Shown here piece after piece: positions 19,228 through 29,264 of a DNA stretch of 64,000 bases. The stretch lies in the NCBI GenBank assembly GCA_964291265.2, contig OZ219747.1, forward strand, positions 2,784,001 through 2,848,000. Direction: 5' to 3'. The position numbers and the translations under genes were made by a program. Each line of letters starts with the position of its first letter. Positions within the stretch are counted from its first letter, which is position 1. The DNA is from Alphaproteobacteria bacterium. GTDB lineage: Bacteria; Pseudomonadota; Alphaproteobacteria; SP197. The notes beneath the pieces were generated by a model, which saw only the letters and a program-made list of their open reading frames with translations, did no database searches and had not been told where the DNA came from.

Positions 19228-21144
19228 GTGACGGAAACTCCTCTTCTCGACACGATCTGGGTTCCAGGCGATCTCAGAAAACTGCCGGTTGATGCGCTCG
19301 GGCAGGTCGCCGACGAATTGCGGGCCGAAACCATTGATGCGGTGTCGATCACCGGAGGCCATCTTGGAGCCGGTCTCGGGGTGGTCGAGTTGACCGTGGC
19401 GCTCCACTATCTCTTCGACACGCCTGACGACCGAATCATCTGGGATGTCGGCCATCAGGTCTACCCCCACAAGATACTGACCGGGCGACGGGACCGAATC
19501 CGCACCCTGCGCAAGGGAGGCGGCCTGTCGGGATTCACCAAGCGATCGGAGAGCGAGTACGATCCGTTCGGTGCAGCGCACGCGTCGACGTCGATATCGG
19601 CGGCTCTCGGGTTCTCCGTGGCACGCGACCTCCAGGAGAAGTCGAACAGGGTGGTCGCCGTCATCGGCGACGGCGCCATGACCGGGGGCATGGCTTTCGA
19701 GGGCCTCAACAATGCCGGTGCGAGCGCCAGCAAGCTGATCGTCATCCTCAATGACAACGACATGTCGATCGCCCCGCCCGTCGGCGCGCTGTCGGCCTAC
19801 CTGTCGCGGCTCATCTCGTCGAAGTCCTACCGATCCCTGCGCGAAATCGGCCTGCAGGTTTCGGAGCGGTTTCCCGATACCGTCAGGAAGACCGCGCACA
19901 GGGCGGAAAGCTATGTGCGAGGCATGCTGACCGGAGGCACGCTGTTTGAGGAGCTCGGTTTCTTCTATGTCGGGCCCATAGACGGTCACAACCTGGACCA
20001 CCTGATCCCCGTGCTGCGCAATGTTCGCGACGACACGAGCGAGGGACCGGTTCTCATCCACGCCGTCACCCGGAAGGGAAAGGGCTACGCTCCGGCGGAA
20101 GGGTCGAGCGACAGGTATCACGGGGTCGGCAAGTTCGATGTGGCGACAGGCGAGATCGTCAAGAGCACCAGCAACAAGCCGAGCTGGACAAGGGTGTTCG
20201 CTGACAGTCTGATAGACGAGGCGAGGCGCGACGAATCGATCGTGGCCATCACGGCGGCAATGCCGTCAGGGACCGGCGTTGACCGATTCGGCGACGTGTT
20301 TCCAAAGCGCATGTTCGATGTGGGGCTGGCCGAACAGCACGCGGTCACCTTTGCAGCGGGGCTGGCGGCCGAAGGGATGAAGCCCTTTGCAGCCATCTAC
20401 TCGACCTTTCTGCAGCGGGCCTTCGATCAGATTGTCCACGACGTCGCCATCCAGGGCCTGCCGGTACGCTTTGCCATGGACCGTGCCGGATTCGTGGGCG
20501 CGGACGGTCAGACCCACTGCGGCGCCTTCGACATTGCCTACATGGGCTGTCTGCCAGGCATGGTTGTCATGGCGCCCGCCGATGAGGCGGAGCTCGTGCA
20601 CATGGTGGCAACGGCCGTGGCCATCGATGATCGTCCGAGCGCCTTTCGCTATCCACGCGGCTCCGGGACCGGAGCGGCCTTGCCGGAACAGGGTGAACCT
20701 CTCGAAGTCGGGCGCGGCCGGATCATGCGCGAAGGCTCCCGTGTCGCGCTGCTCTCCTATGGCGCCCGGTTGCAGGACGCGCTGGAAGCGGCACTGGTGC
20801 TGGACGCCAGGGGGCTTTCGACGACCGTCGCCGATGCCCGTTTCGCCAAGCCTGTCGATGGCGATCTGATCATGCGTCTGGCATCCAGCCACGAGGTTCT
20901 CGTGACGGTGGAGGAGGGTTCGATCGGCGGCTTTTCCACCCAGGTCATGCACGTCCTTGCCGGTGCCGGCCATTTTGATGCCGGTCTGATTTTCAGACCG
21001 GTGATCATGCCCGATACCTTCCTCGACCAGGATACGCCGGAGAGACAGGTGCGCCAGGCGGGGCTCGATGCGTCGGGGATTGTCTCCACGGTCCTCGCCG
21101 CGCTGGGTGTGGACGAACACCGGCAGGCGAGGGGCAGTTCATGA
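19228..21144 (+). CDS. dxs: 1-deoxy-D-xylulose-5-phosphate synthase
   Basis: [42 protein letters not shown]. Confidence 0.98.
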   Translation: MTETPLLDTIWVPGDLRKLPVDALGQVADELRAETIDAVSITGGHLGAGLGVVELTVALHYLFDTPDDRIIWDVGHQVYPHKILTGRRDRIRTLRKGGGLSGFTKRSESEYDPFGAAHASTSISAALGFSVARDLQEKSNRVVAVIGDGAMTGGMAFEGLNNAGASASKLIVILNDNDMSIAPPVGALSAYLSRLISSKSYRSLREIGLQVSERFPDTVRKTAHRAESYVRGMLTGGTLFEELGFFYVGPIDGHNLDHLIPVLRNVRDDTSEGPVLIHAVTRKGKGYAPAEGSSDRYHGVGKFDVATGEIVKSTSNKPSWTRVFADSLIDEARRDESIVAITAAMPSGTGVDRFGDVFPKRMFDVGLAEQHAVTFAAGLAAEGMKPFAAIYSTFLQRAFDQIVHDVAIQGLPVRFAMDRAGFVGADGQTHCGAFDIAYMGCLPGMVVMAPADEAELVHMVATAVAIDDRPSAFRYPRGSGTGAALPEQGEPLEVGRGRIMREGSRVALLSYGARLQDALEAALVLDARGLSTTVADARFAKPVDGDLIMRLASSHEVLVTVEEGSIGGFSTQVMHVLAGAGHFDAGLIFRPVIMPDTFLDQDTPERQVRQAGLDASGIVSTVLAALGVDEHRQARGSS

Positions 21145-21172
21145 GTCGCGTGTCCTGAACATCGAGACTGTC

Positions 21173-22012
21173 GTGACCGACGATCCCTGGGAACATGTCA
21201 ACGGCATCATCGCGCGATCCGGCACGTCATTCCTGTGGAGCATGAAGGTGATCGCGCCGGAGCGCCGGCGGGCCATGCACGCAATCTATGCCTTCTGTCG
21301 GGAAGTCGATGACATCGCGGACACTCCGGGCGACGTGGCATCCAGGAAGGCTGCTCTCGATGCATGGCGCGAGGAGATCGGCCGACTCTATGGCGGTTCT
21401 CCCACCACGCCGACCGCTCATGCGCTTGATCAGGCGGTCAGGCGCTTTGAACTCCCCAGGGAAGAGTTCCTGGCCATCATCGACGGCGTGGAAACAGATG
21501 TTTCTCCGGGAGTGGAAATGCCCGCAACGGACGATCTCTTCGCCTACTGCCGTCGTGTCGCGGGCGCGGTCGGCGTGCTGATCATCCATGTCTTCGGCAT
21601 CACTGGACACCCGGGACCGGTCATGGCCCGGACCATGGGAAACGCGTTCCAGATCACGAATATCCTGCGTGACCTCGAGGACGACGCCAAGGAAGGCAGA
21701 CTGTACGTGCCCAGGGACATCCTGACGAAGCACGGAATCGGGGTTGTCTCTCCCGGCGAGGTCCTGAAACACCCGGCCTTTGCTGACGTCTGCGCCGAAT
21801 TGGCGTCGATGGCCCGGCGCCACTACGTGGAGGCGGACCGGCTCCTGAGCGAGATCGGTCGACGGCGCATCAGGCCGATCGTGGCCATGATGAAGGTATA
21901 CAGCGAGACCCTCGATCTTCTGGAGCAGCGGGGCTGGACTCGACTCGACGTTCCGGTGAAGCCACCCAAGGTGCGTCTGGTATGGCTTGCGCTCAGATAC
22001 GGGCTCTTCTGA
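21173..22012 (+). CDS. hpnD: Presqualene diphosphate synthase (start codon uncertain)
   Basis: SGTSF..., YAFCREVDDIAD, YCRRVAGAVG, TNILRDL.ED; adjacent to hpnE. Confidence 0.85.
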   Translation: MTDDPWEHVNGIIARSGTSFLWSMKVIAPERRRAMHAIYAFCREVDDIADTPGDVASRKAALDAWREEIGRLYGGSPTTPTAHALDQAVRRFELPREEFLAIIDGVETDVSPGVEMPATDDLFAYCRRVAGAVGVLIIHVFGITGHPGPVMARTMGNAFQITNILRDLEDDAKEGRLYVPRDILTKHGIGVVSPGEVLKHPAFADVCAELASMARRHYVEADRLLSEIGRRRIRPIVAMMKVYSETLDLLEQRGWTRLDVPVKPPKVRLVWLALRYGLF

Positions 22013-22024
22013 AGGCCAGGCCCT

Positions 22025-23278
22025 GTGCCTGTTGTCCACATTGTCGGCGCCGGTCTCGCGGGTCTGTCGGCCGCCGTCTGCCTGGCGGGCAGCGGGCAGC
22101 GGGTGGTGCTTCACGAGGCAGCGGCGCAGGCCGGGGGACGATGTCGCTCGCTTCTTGATTCCCGGCTCAAGTGCCGGATTGACAACGGCAATCATCTGTT
22201 GATGACCGGCAACCGTCACACGCTCCTGTACCTCGATGCCATCGGTGCGGCAGACCAGGTCACGGGACCTGTACCGGCAGCGTATCCCTTTGTCGACGTG
22301 CGCGACGCGCGGCAGTGGACCGTGCGTCCTGGAAGGGGACGGATACCATGGTGGATCCTCGATTCAGGACGCCGTGTTCCGCTCACCACGCCGGCACAGT
22401 ACTTGTCGGTGCTTTCTGTCATCACCGCCGGTGAAGGCCGGACGGTGGGAGAGTGCGTGAGGCGATCGGGAAGACTCCAGACGTGTTTCTGGGAACCTCT
22501 GACCGTGGCCGTTCTCAACACGCCGCTTGCGGAAGCTTCGGCGGGTCTGTTGCGCCAGGCGCTGAGAAGAACGCTCATGAAGGGAGAGTCCTGGTGTCGT
22601 CCTCTCGTTGCCCGACACTCGCTCTCGGCCACCTTCATCGATCCGGCTCTGGGATACCTCGCGTCGAAGGGAGTCGACATCAGGATGTCCAGCCGGCTCA
22701 GCGCCTTGCAGACGTCAGCCGGCAGGGTGGAAAGGCTGGACTTTGCCTCCACCAACATCACCCTTCTTGAAGGGGACAACGTGATCCTTGCCTTGCCGGC
22801 GTCGGTCGCCGGTGGTCTTGTGGCGGGCCTCGAGGTCCCGCGCAGGCATCAGGTGATCGTCAATGTCCACTTTCGCCTGCCCGGGCCGTCCGTGCTTCCC
22901 GGAGGACAGCCCTTTGTCGGACTGATCGGTGGCATGGCCCAATGGATCTTTGTACGGGACCAGGTTGTTTCCGTCACGGTCAGCGCGGCAAACGACATGA
23001 TTCACCGGACACTGCGCGATATCGCGATGGCGGCATGGCGTGATGTGGCTGCGGTCCTCGATTCCGATCCGAATTCACTGCCGCCCTGGCGGGTCATCAG
23101 GGAGCGCCGGGCGACGATTTCGCAGGACCCAGACACCATCGCCATGCGTCCCGCAACCCGCACCCCGCTGGCCAACATGCACCTGGCCGGTGACTGGACG
23201 GATACCGGGCTTCCGGCGACAATCGAGGGAGCCGTTCTTTCCGGCAAGCGCGCCGCCCGGGCCTGTGAGGCGGCATGA
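22025..23278 (+). CDS. hpnE: Hydroxysqualene dehydroxylase
   Basis: GAGLAGL, GGRCRS, IDNGNHLL, LAGDWTDTGLPATIEGAV. Confidence 0.92.
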   Translation: MPVVHIVGAGLAGLSAAVCLAGSGQRVVLHEAAAQAGGRCRSLLDSRLKCRIDNGNHLLMTGNRHTLLYLDAIGAADQVTGPVPAAYPFVDVRDARQWTVRPGRGRIPWWILDSGRRVPLTTPAQYLSVLSVITAGEGRTVGECVRRSGRLQTCFWEPLTVAVLNTPLAEASAGLLRQALRRTLMKGESWCRPLVARHSLSATFIDPALGYLASKGVDIRMSSRLSALQTSAGRVERLDFASTNITLLEGDNVILALPASVAGGLVAGLEVPRRHQVIVNVHFRLPGPSVLPGGQPFVGLIGGMAQWIFVRDQVVSVTVSAANDMIHRTLRDIAMAAWRDVAAVLDSDPNSLPPWRVIRERRATISQDPDTIAMRPATRTPLANMHLAGDWTDTGLPATIEGAVLSGKRAARACEAA

Positions 23279-23944
23279 CGTCAGGAGGCAAGCGCGGTTC
23301 TCCATTTGAGGTCTTCCGCGTCTTTCTCGTCCTGGGTCTCACCTCGTTCGGAGGGCCCGTGGCCCACCTCGGCTACTTTCGCGAGGCCTTTGTCGTGCGG
23401 CTTCAATGGATGAGCGACAGGGCATATGGCGATGTCGTCGCCCTGGGTCAGATCCTTCCCGGTCCCGCCTCGAGTCAGGTCGGCATGGCGATCGGGCTCA
23501 TGCGCGCCGGTTACGGCGGACTGTTGGCGGCATGGCTTGGATTCACGCTCCCTTCGGCGTTTCTTCTCACCGCCTTCGCCTTCGGGGCCGGCGAGCTCGA
23601 GGCGGCCCTGGGTTCCGGCTGGACAAACGGGTTGAAGGCCGCGGCGGTCGCTGTCGTCGCCCACGCTCTCGTCGGCATGGCGCGCAGTCTGGCGGCCGAC
23701 CGCAAGAGGGCCACGATCGCAGTCGCCGGCATGATTGGCGCCATGTTGATTCCCTTCGCCAGCGGGCAATTGATGGTCATCCTCGGAGGAGGGCTTGCCG
23801 GTCTTGTCTGGTTGCGCGATGAGGCGCCGCCGCACGGGGAAGAACTGATGGCGATTCCCGTCGGCCGCCCGGCTGCCATTCTGGCCCTGCTCGTCTTCTT
23901 CCTTCTCCTGGCCATTCTTCCGGTGGTGTCCGGTCTTGTCGTGG
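23275..23944 (+). pseudogene. chrA: Chromate efflux transporter, 5' part (interrupted by the IS21 element)
   Basis: GLTSFGGPVAHLGYF, LPGPASSQVG; joins in frame to the 3' part when the element is removed. Confidence 0.93.
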
Positions 23945-24099
23945 TGTCGGCGGCGATTTAGAACGGCGGGATATTGGCGGAGAACCGCTCTTTTGGGCGC
24001 TGATCGTGTGAGTGGGTGACCACGACAGGAGAACGTGCGGCATTGGACGAAGGTCCGCCCGGTCTTTGTTTTCTGCCTATTGTTGGATCCCATTGGTCT

Positions 24100-24440
24100 T
24101 GCATTGACGTTGACGATGTCGTTCCGGTCGGCGTTTTCTGGCGTTCGGCGTTTGTGGAACGTGATGTGGGAGGGGAGCTTCAGGCTTTTGCGCGTGGTTT
24201 CGTTCTGGCGTTCTCCGGCCTCGTCGTGGTTCGTCGGGCGGGACGATCTCGAGGCTGGAGAGCTGACGGTTTCTGTTGCGCTGGGCGAAGAGGCTGCGTG
24301 CGTTGCGGTTGCGGCGGCGCAGGGTGCGGCAGGCGTCGAGTGTTTTCGGGCGGATGCTGCGACCTGTGAGCCAGTCCGGCGGCGGATCGGGCGTTGCTGC
24401 GGCTCAGCGGCTGCGGCAGTCTCGTGATGTGGTGTCGTTT
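24100..24440 (-). pseudogene. Internally deleted second copy of the Toprim gene
   Basis: Segments align with about 25235-25370 and 25620-25815. Confidence 0.8.
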
Positions 24441-25040
24441 GGACGGCCCGGGGGTTTCCCGGGGAGGCTGAGAGGCGCGTCGGGGTGAGACGTTCTCATT
24501 CCTGGATGGTAACGCGTGACCGCGTTCAAGGGTCTTGCGAGATTACGTGTCCCTTCCGTAGCCGCGTGGCGGTTCGATGTCCTCGAGAGCCTCGATGTCG
24601 GCATCGGCGACGCTCTGCAGGCGTTCTCCGTAAGGCGTGTCACGGAGGGTTTCGGGGATGCTGTCGAGGCGGTCACGCCATTCGTCCTGCAGGGTGCGGC
24701 AGGCGTCGAGTGTTTTCGGGCGGATGCTGCGACCTGTAAGCCAGTCCGGCCAGCGGCTGCGGCAGTCTCGTGATGCGGTGTCGTTTGGACGGCCCGGGAG
24801 TTTCCCGGGGAGGCTGAGCGGCGCGTCGGGGTGAGACGTTCTCATTCCTGGATGGTAACGCGTGACCGCGTTCAAGGGTCTTGCGGGATCACGTATCCCT
24901 TCCGTAGCCGCGTGGCGGTTCGATGTCCTCGAGGGCCTCGATGTCGGCATCGGCGACGCTCTGCAGGCGTTCTCCGTAAGGCGTGTCACGGAGGCTTTCG
25001 GGGATGCTGTCGAGGTGGTCACGCCATTCGTCCTGCAGGG
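24319..25040. repeat. Tandem duplication of about 350-370 bp
   Basis: 24319-24694 vs 24689-25040, near identical, GCAGGG at the junctions, 24-bp indel. Confidence 0.92.
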
Positions 25041-25179
25041 CGCGCAGTTCGGCCACGGCGTCGTTCCAGCGTTGCGGTCGCGAGCGCCGGTCACGGTGCT
25101 TTGGGGTGTGGACGGGAGGGATGCCGGCCTTGCGCCGTTCCCGGTATCGCCGCTGCTTTTCGGCGGGCGTGAGGGGCAT
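24889..25179 (-). CDS. Small hypothetical protein (basic N-terminus, acidic helical C-terminus)
   Basis: AAGGAG RBS; MPLTPAEKQRRYRERRK...RSRPQRWNDAVAEL...IEPPRGYGRD. Confidence 0.8.
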   Translation of the reverse strand: MPLTPAEKQRRYRERRKAGIPPVHTPKHRDRRSRPQRWNDAVAELRALQDEWRDHLDSIPESLRDTPYGERLQSVADADIEALEDIEPPRGYGRDT

Positions 25180-25205
25180 GAGTGGTCTCCTTGTGACGGA
25201 CGTGG

Positions 25206-26099
25206 TCATGATCTCGCTTGTGGTTCTTTGGTCCTGGCGTTGACGACGTCGTTCCAGTCGGCGTTTTCCGGCGGTCTGCGTCTGTGGAACGAGACGTGGG
25301 AGGGGAGCTTCATCTTTTTGCGCAGGGTTTCGGCCTGTCGCTCTCCGGCCTCGTCGTGGTCCTGGGCGAGGACGATGGTCCTGACGTTGGGCAGGCTGCT
25401 TGCGGCGAGGCTGATCTGTTCGTGCTGTCTTCGCGAGGGTGCCCCGGCGGTGGAGAGGAAGGCGTGGCTGGGGGGACATTGGTCGATCTGGGCCAGGCTG
25501 AGGGCGTCGACGGCGCTTTCGGTGATGACGAGGGCCTCGAGGTCCGCGGCGGTTCCGGCGCGGACGGCGAACAGGCTTCGGGTTCCACCGGTGGCGAAGC
25601 GTTTCGGTCCGTCGGGGGGACCGATCTCGAAGCCGGTGAGCTTTCGCTTCCTGTTGCGATGGGCGAAGAGGACGCGTCCGTTGTGGTCGCGGCGGACCAG
25701 GGGGCGGCAGGTGTCGAGGGTCTCCGGGAGGATGCCGCGCCCGGTGAGCCAGTCCGGGGCCGCATCGGGCGTTGCCGCGGCCCAGAGGCTGCGGAAGTCG
25801 CGTGGCGCGGTGTCGGGTGCTGTGAAGCGGGTGCAGATGTCGGCGAAGGCCAGTCCGCGGTTGAGCATGAAGTCGATGACGGTTCCGTTGTCTTCATCGT
25901 TCTGGGTGTTGAAGTAGACCCAGTGTCCGTTGTTGAGGCACTTCGTGACGAGCTTCGGCAGGCCGGGTGCGCACAGGACGGGGTTGGCGCGTGTCGAGGC
26001 CTGTTCGTCGCGGACGTATCCCCAGTCGGCGGCGATGCGTTCGAACGGCATGCGCTTGACGGCGTCGAAGTCGACGCGGCGGGGTTTATCGGGTTTCAC
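25206..26099 (-). CDS. DUF3991/Toprim-domain primase-like protein
   Basis: HWVYFN...DNGTVIDF, WL..RGI, VLFAH, LVITESAVDALS, VLAQDHDEAG, DWND. Confidence 0.85.
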   Translation of the reverse strand: MKPDKPRRVDFDAVKRMPFERIAADWGYVRDEQASTRANPVLCAPGLPKLVTKCLNNGHWVYFNTQNDEDNGTVIDFMLNRGLAFADICTRFTAPDTAPRDFRSLWAAATPDAAPDWLTGRGILPETLDTCRPLVRRDHNGRVLFAHRNRKRKLTGFEIGPPDGPKRFATGGTRSLFAVRAGTAADLEALVITESAVDALSLAQIDQCPPSHAFLSTAGAPSRRQHEQISLAASSLPNVRTIVLAQDHDEAGERQAETLRKKMKLPSHVSFHRRRPPENADWNDVVNARTKEPQARS

Positions 26100-26787
26100 G
26101 CCTGAGCCGCCAGGAGTCGCTGTCGATGGAGATGAGGGTTGCGTCGTGCATGAGCCGGTCGACGGTGCCGGCGATGCCGGAGGCGCTGGGGAAGACGCGG
26201 TCCCACTGGGCGAAGGCGAGGCTTGTCGTGACCATGGTCGAGCGGCGCTGATAGCGCCGCGAGACGATGGCGTAGAGGATGTCGGCATGGTGGCTTTCGA
26301 GGGTCACGTAGCCGATTTCGTCGAGGATGAGCAGGCGGGGCCTGGCGAGGATCGCGAGGCGGCGGCGCAGCTCGCTGCGCGAGACGGTCTCGGCGAGTGC
26401 CTCGAGCAGTTCCGGCGCCTTCTCGAAGCGGACGGTGTGGCCGTGCAGCAGGGCCTGGTGCGCCACGTTGGCGGCGATCATGGTCTTTCCGGTGCCCTGC
26501 CCGCCGACGAGCACGGCGTTGTCCGCACGGTCGACGAAGCCGAGGCCGAGGAGCGCTTCGACATGAGCCCGGCTGATGTCGCGCGGCCATGTCCAGTCGA
26601 AGTCCGCCAGGGGCTTGAAGGCGGGCAGCCGCGCCGCGGCGCGGCGGCGCTCGTGGCTGCGGGCCCTGCGGGCCTGTTCCTCGCCGCTGACCACCTCCTC
26701 GATCCATGCGGTCCCGGCGACCTCGTCCCAGCGTTCGACGAGCCCGTGGAGGCCGAGCGCCCGGGCACGCTCCCTGAGCTCGCTCAT
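26086..26787 (-). CDS. istB: IS21 helper AAA+ ATPase
   Basis: ADFDWTWP, GGQGTGKT, LLILDEIGY, VDRLMH; ATGA coupling to istA. Confidence 0.95.
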   Translation of the reverse strand: MSELRERARALGLHGLVERWDEVAGTAWIEEVVSGEEQARRARSHERRRAAARLPAFKPLADFDWTWPRDISRAHVEALLGLGFVDRADNAVLVGGQGTGKTMIAANVAHQALLHGHTVRFEKAPELLEALAETVSRSELRRRLAILARPRLLILDEIGYVTLESHHADILYAIVSRRYQRRSTMVTTSLAFAQWDRVFPSASGIAGTVDRLMHDATLISIDSDSWRLRRETR

Positions 26788-28277
26788 GTCTTGTTCCTGG
26801 CGCTGGCTTCGGGCCTGTCGTAGGCGTCGAGAGCGGTCCCCCGCGGCGTCGTGCCACGGCCGCCGCGGCCGTCGTCGGCGATGCTGAGGGGCGGCAGGCC
26901 CTGCTCCCGGCGGCGCTCCTCGATGATGACGCGCACGGTTTCGGGGTGGCACGAGCCGCGCTCCAGCGCCGTGGCGACAGCCCGGTCGAGAGCGTCGGCG
27001 CCGTGCGCGTTGAGAAGCGTCTCCAGCATCCGGGCGCAGGAGGCCACGTTGCGCCCGTTGGTCCCGGCGCGCGCCAGCATCTCCTCGGCCCGCGGCACGG
27101 TGCGCAGGACCCGGTCGCGGACGCTCATGGAGCGGGCCCGCCGCTTGCCCGCGGCGATCGCCCTGGCATGCTCCGGATCGGTGACGGCCTGCTTCCTGTT
27201 GTAGGAGCGTCGGTGGCGCGCGACCTCGTCGGCGCCGTCGAGGATGCGAACCTCGTCGCGGTCGGCGACCAGCGTCAGCAGGGCCTTGGAGAAGCTACCC
27301 GGAACGCTGTAGTCGTTGGTGTCGAAGCGGGCGTGGCAGGTCTTGTCGATGCGCACCGGGCGGACCTCGTGATGCGGGAAGGGATCGGCGGGAAGGACGA
27401 TCAGGTGCTCCCTCTCCCGGGCGAAGGCGTCCCGCACCAGGAGACTGTCGTCGTCCGGCCAGGGCCGCTCCGCGGCGGCGCCGAAGCACCACTCCCGAAC
27501 TGCGGCGTTGAGCTCGCCGAGCGGGACCGTGATGTCGCGCCCGGCGAAGAACCCGGTGCGCGCGAAGCGCACACGGCGTTCCACGCGGCCCTTCTCCTGC
27601 GGGCTCCTGGGCCAGGCGGCGCTCGGTTCGAAGGCATAGTGGGCCGCGAGGCCGAGCAGCATCGGATGATAGGTGACCGCCTTGCCGCGGCGCGTCACCA
27701 CGGCACTCTTCAGGTTGTCGTACAGAAGCCTCCGCGGCACACCCCCGAATGCCGCGAAAGCCTCGACATGGCCTTGCAGGAAGCTGGCCATCCGCGCGTC
27801 GTGGAACAGGCTCAGGACAGTCTGGCGCGAGTAGCTGAGGGTGACGAGAAGCCCCATGAGCCTGCGCTCCGCCCGGCCGATGCGGACCTTCCCGAACTCG
27901 GCCCAGTCAACCTGCGCCTGCTCGCCCGGAAGGAAGCTCAGCCGCAGCGACGGCTCGGGCCTCTTCACCGGCCTCAGCCCAAGGCGGCGCAGGTCGTGAC
28001 GGAAGTGATCCTCGCCGCCGCGGTAGCCCAGAGCCACGACCTGTCGCCAGAGCGTGCTGGCCGGAAGGTCCGGCGACGCCTCAAGACGCTCCCCGAGGAA
28101 GGCAACGAAGGGGTCGATGAGCTTGGCCCGCGGCCGCCGCTCCTGCCCCGACGCCTTGAGCGCCCGCGTCACCGTGCCGTGGTGCACGCCGAGATGCCGG
28201 GCAATCGTCCCCACAGCCCAGCCCTCGGCCCGCGACAGCCGCACGATCGTCGCCCGCGTGTCCTCGTCGATCGCCAT
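26784..28277 (-). CDS. istA: IS21 transposase
   Basis: N-terminal HTH, PGEQAQVDW, LSYSR, YDNLKSAV, PQEKGRVER, FDTNDYSVP. Confidence 0.96.
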   Translation of the reverse strand: MAIDEDTRATIVRLSRAEGWAVGTIARHLGVHHGTVTRALKASGQERRPRAKLIDPFVAFLGERLEASPDLPASTLWRQVVALGYRGGEDHFRHDLRRLGLRPVKRPEPSLRLSFLPGEQAQVDWAEFGKVRIGRAERRLMGLLVTLSYSRQTVLSLFHDARMASFLQGHVEAFAAFGGVPRRLLYDNLKSAVVTRRGKAVTYHPMLLGLAAHYAFEPSAAWPRSPQEKGRVERRVRFARTGFFAGRDITVPLGELNAAVREWCFGAAAERPWPDDDSLLVRDAFAREREHLIVLPADPFPHHEVRPVRIDKTCHARFDTNDYSVPGSFSKALLTLVADRDEVRILDGADEVARHRRSYNRKQAVTDPEHARAIAAGKRRARSMSVRDRVLRTVPRAEEMLARAGTNGRNVASCARMLETLLNAHGADALDRAVATALERGSCHPETVRVIIEERRREQGLPPLSIADDGRGGRGTTPRGTALDAYDRPEASARNKT

Positions 28278-28309
28278 GAACTCCCTCCCTTTGGTTCCTC
28301 AACGCCGCA

Positions 28310-28840
28310 TCACGGGTCCCTCAGCACCACATGCGTCACGACCCGTCCGCATCTGGCGCACCGAAGCGGCGATTCGCGCCGCTCTTGCGCCTTCACAACC
28401 GCAGGTAGGGAGGTCGGCAGCAGTCGGGAAGGGTGGTCCGTAACGATTTCTTCAGAACCGGCGTCTCCAGACACCGCCGGAACGTCGCCAAGCAGCACCA
28501 CAGCAGACGTCTGCGTGCCCATGATCTCGGCAACCATCGCCGCCCTGGCCTTCAACGCACGCGCCTCCTCCGCCTTGCGGAGCCGGTAACGCCGCTGGCG
28601 GTGACGGCCCGTCTCACGGCCCTTCAGCGTGCTCTGGTAGCGACGACGCGACGCGCGGCGCCGCTCGATCCGGGACCGCTCCCTGCACTCCTTGGAGCAA
28701 TACACATGTCCCCGGTCACACGACCGGCAGAGAACAACCTGCCGCTGACACCGCCTGCAGTTGAACAGTCGTCCTGTCGTGCACACCGTCCGTCTCGAGA
28801 GCGGGGGTGGACCCGGACGCAAAATGGCTCGACAATACAC
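28310..28840 (-). CDS. Cys-rich putative Zn-binding, Arg-rich hypothetical protein (alternative start 28786)
   Basis: CRRC-x6-CRSCDRGHVYCSKEC, an Arg-rich helix, C-terminal CARC; co-oriented 32 bp upstream of istA. Confidence 0.8.
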   Translation of the reverse strand: MYCRAILRPGPPPLSRRTVCTTGRLFNCRRCQRQVVLCRSCDRGHVYCSKECRERSRIERRRASRRRYQSTLKGRETGRHRQRRYRLRKAEEARALKARAAMVAEIMGTQTSAVVLLGDVPAVSGDAGSEEIVTDHPSRLLPTSLPAVVKAQERRESPLRCARCGRVVTHVVLRDP

Positions 28841-29103
28841 GGGAGTTCGGTCCCCCGTGACCGGCTCGTCCGGGTGCTGCGCCGGGGGGCGTCACAACTC
28901 CGCCCGGCATCGCATCGCTCTTTCTCTTGATGCCGATCTAGCATCCACCCGGGGCGGCGGCAAAGACGCCGCCCCGGGACCGGACAACGCGACCCGCCCA
29001 CAGGGAAGACAAACAATCCCGCGAGTGCCTCGGAACCGGAACCCTCCCGGCAACCGTCACCAAGACCGAAGCAGAGGTCGACGGAACCCGAACCGGACCA
29101 AAA

Positions 29104-29220
29104 CGACAATAGGAAAAGACGGCGGCGCTCGGGGAGACAACCAGCCGAACACTCAAACCACGACAACAGGACGTGACAATAGGACCTGACAACAGGGAAG
29201 AAACACGACCCTGACAAAGC
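29104..29220. repeat. Subterminal YGACAAYAGG repeats (three at 13-bp spacing plus two more)
   Basis: Copies at 29104, 29161, 29174, 29187 and a partial at 29212. Confidence 0.8.
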
Positions 29221-29264
29221 GCGGCAAATCGCCGAAATCCCGCCGTTCTATGCAGCCATCAACA

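Larger units (their letters stand above)
23945..29264 (-). mobile_element. IS21-family transposon with passenger genes (5320 bp)
   Basis: TG...CA ends TGTCGGCGGCGATTTAGAACGGCGGGAT / TGTTGATGGCTGCATAGAACGGCGGGAT; 5-bp TSD CGTGG at 23940-23944 and 29265-29269. Confidence 0.95.

Noticed and set aside
28838-28870. tRNA-like T-arm (GGGAGTTCGGTCCCCC)
   Set aside because: No cloverleaf, anticodon arm or CCA end; treated as a leader hairpin.
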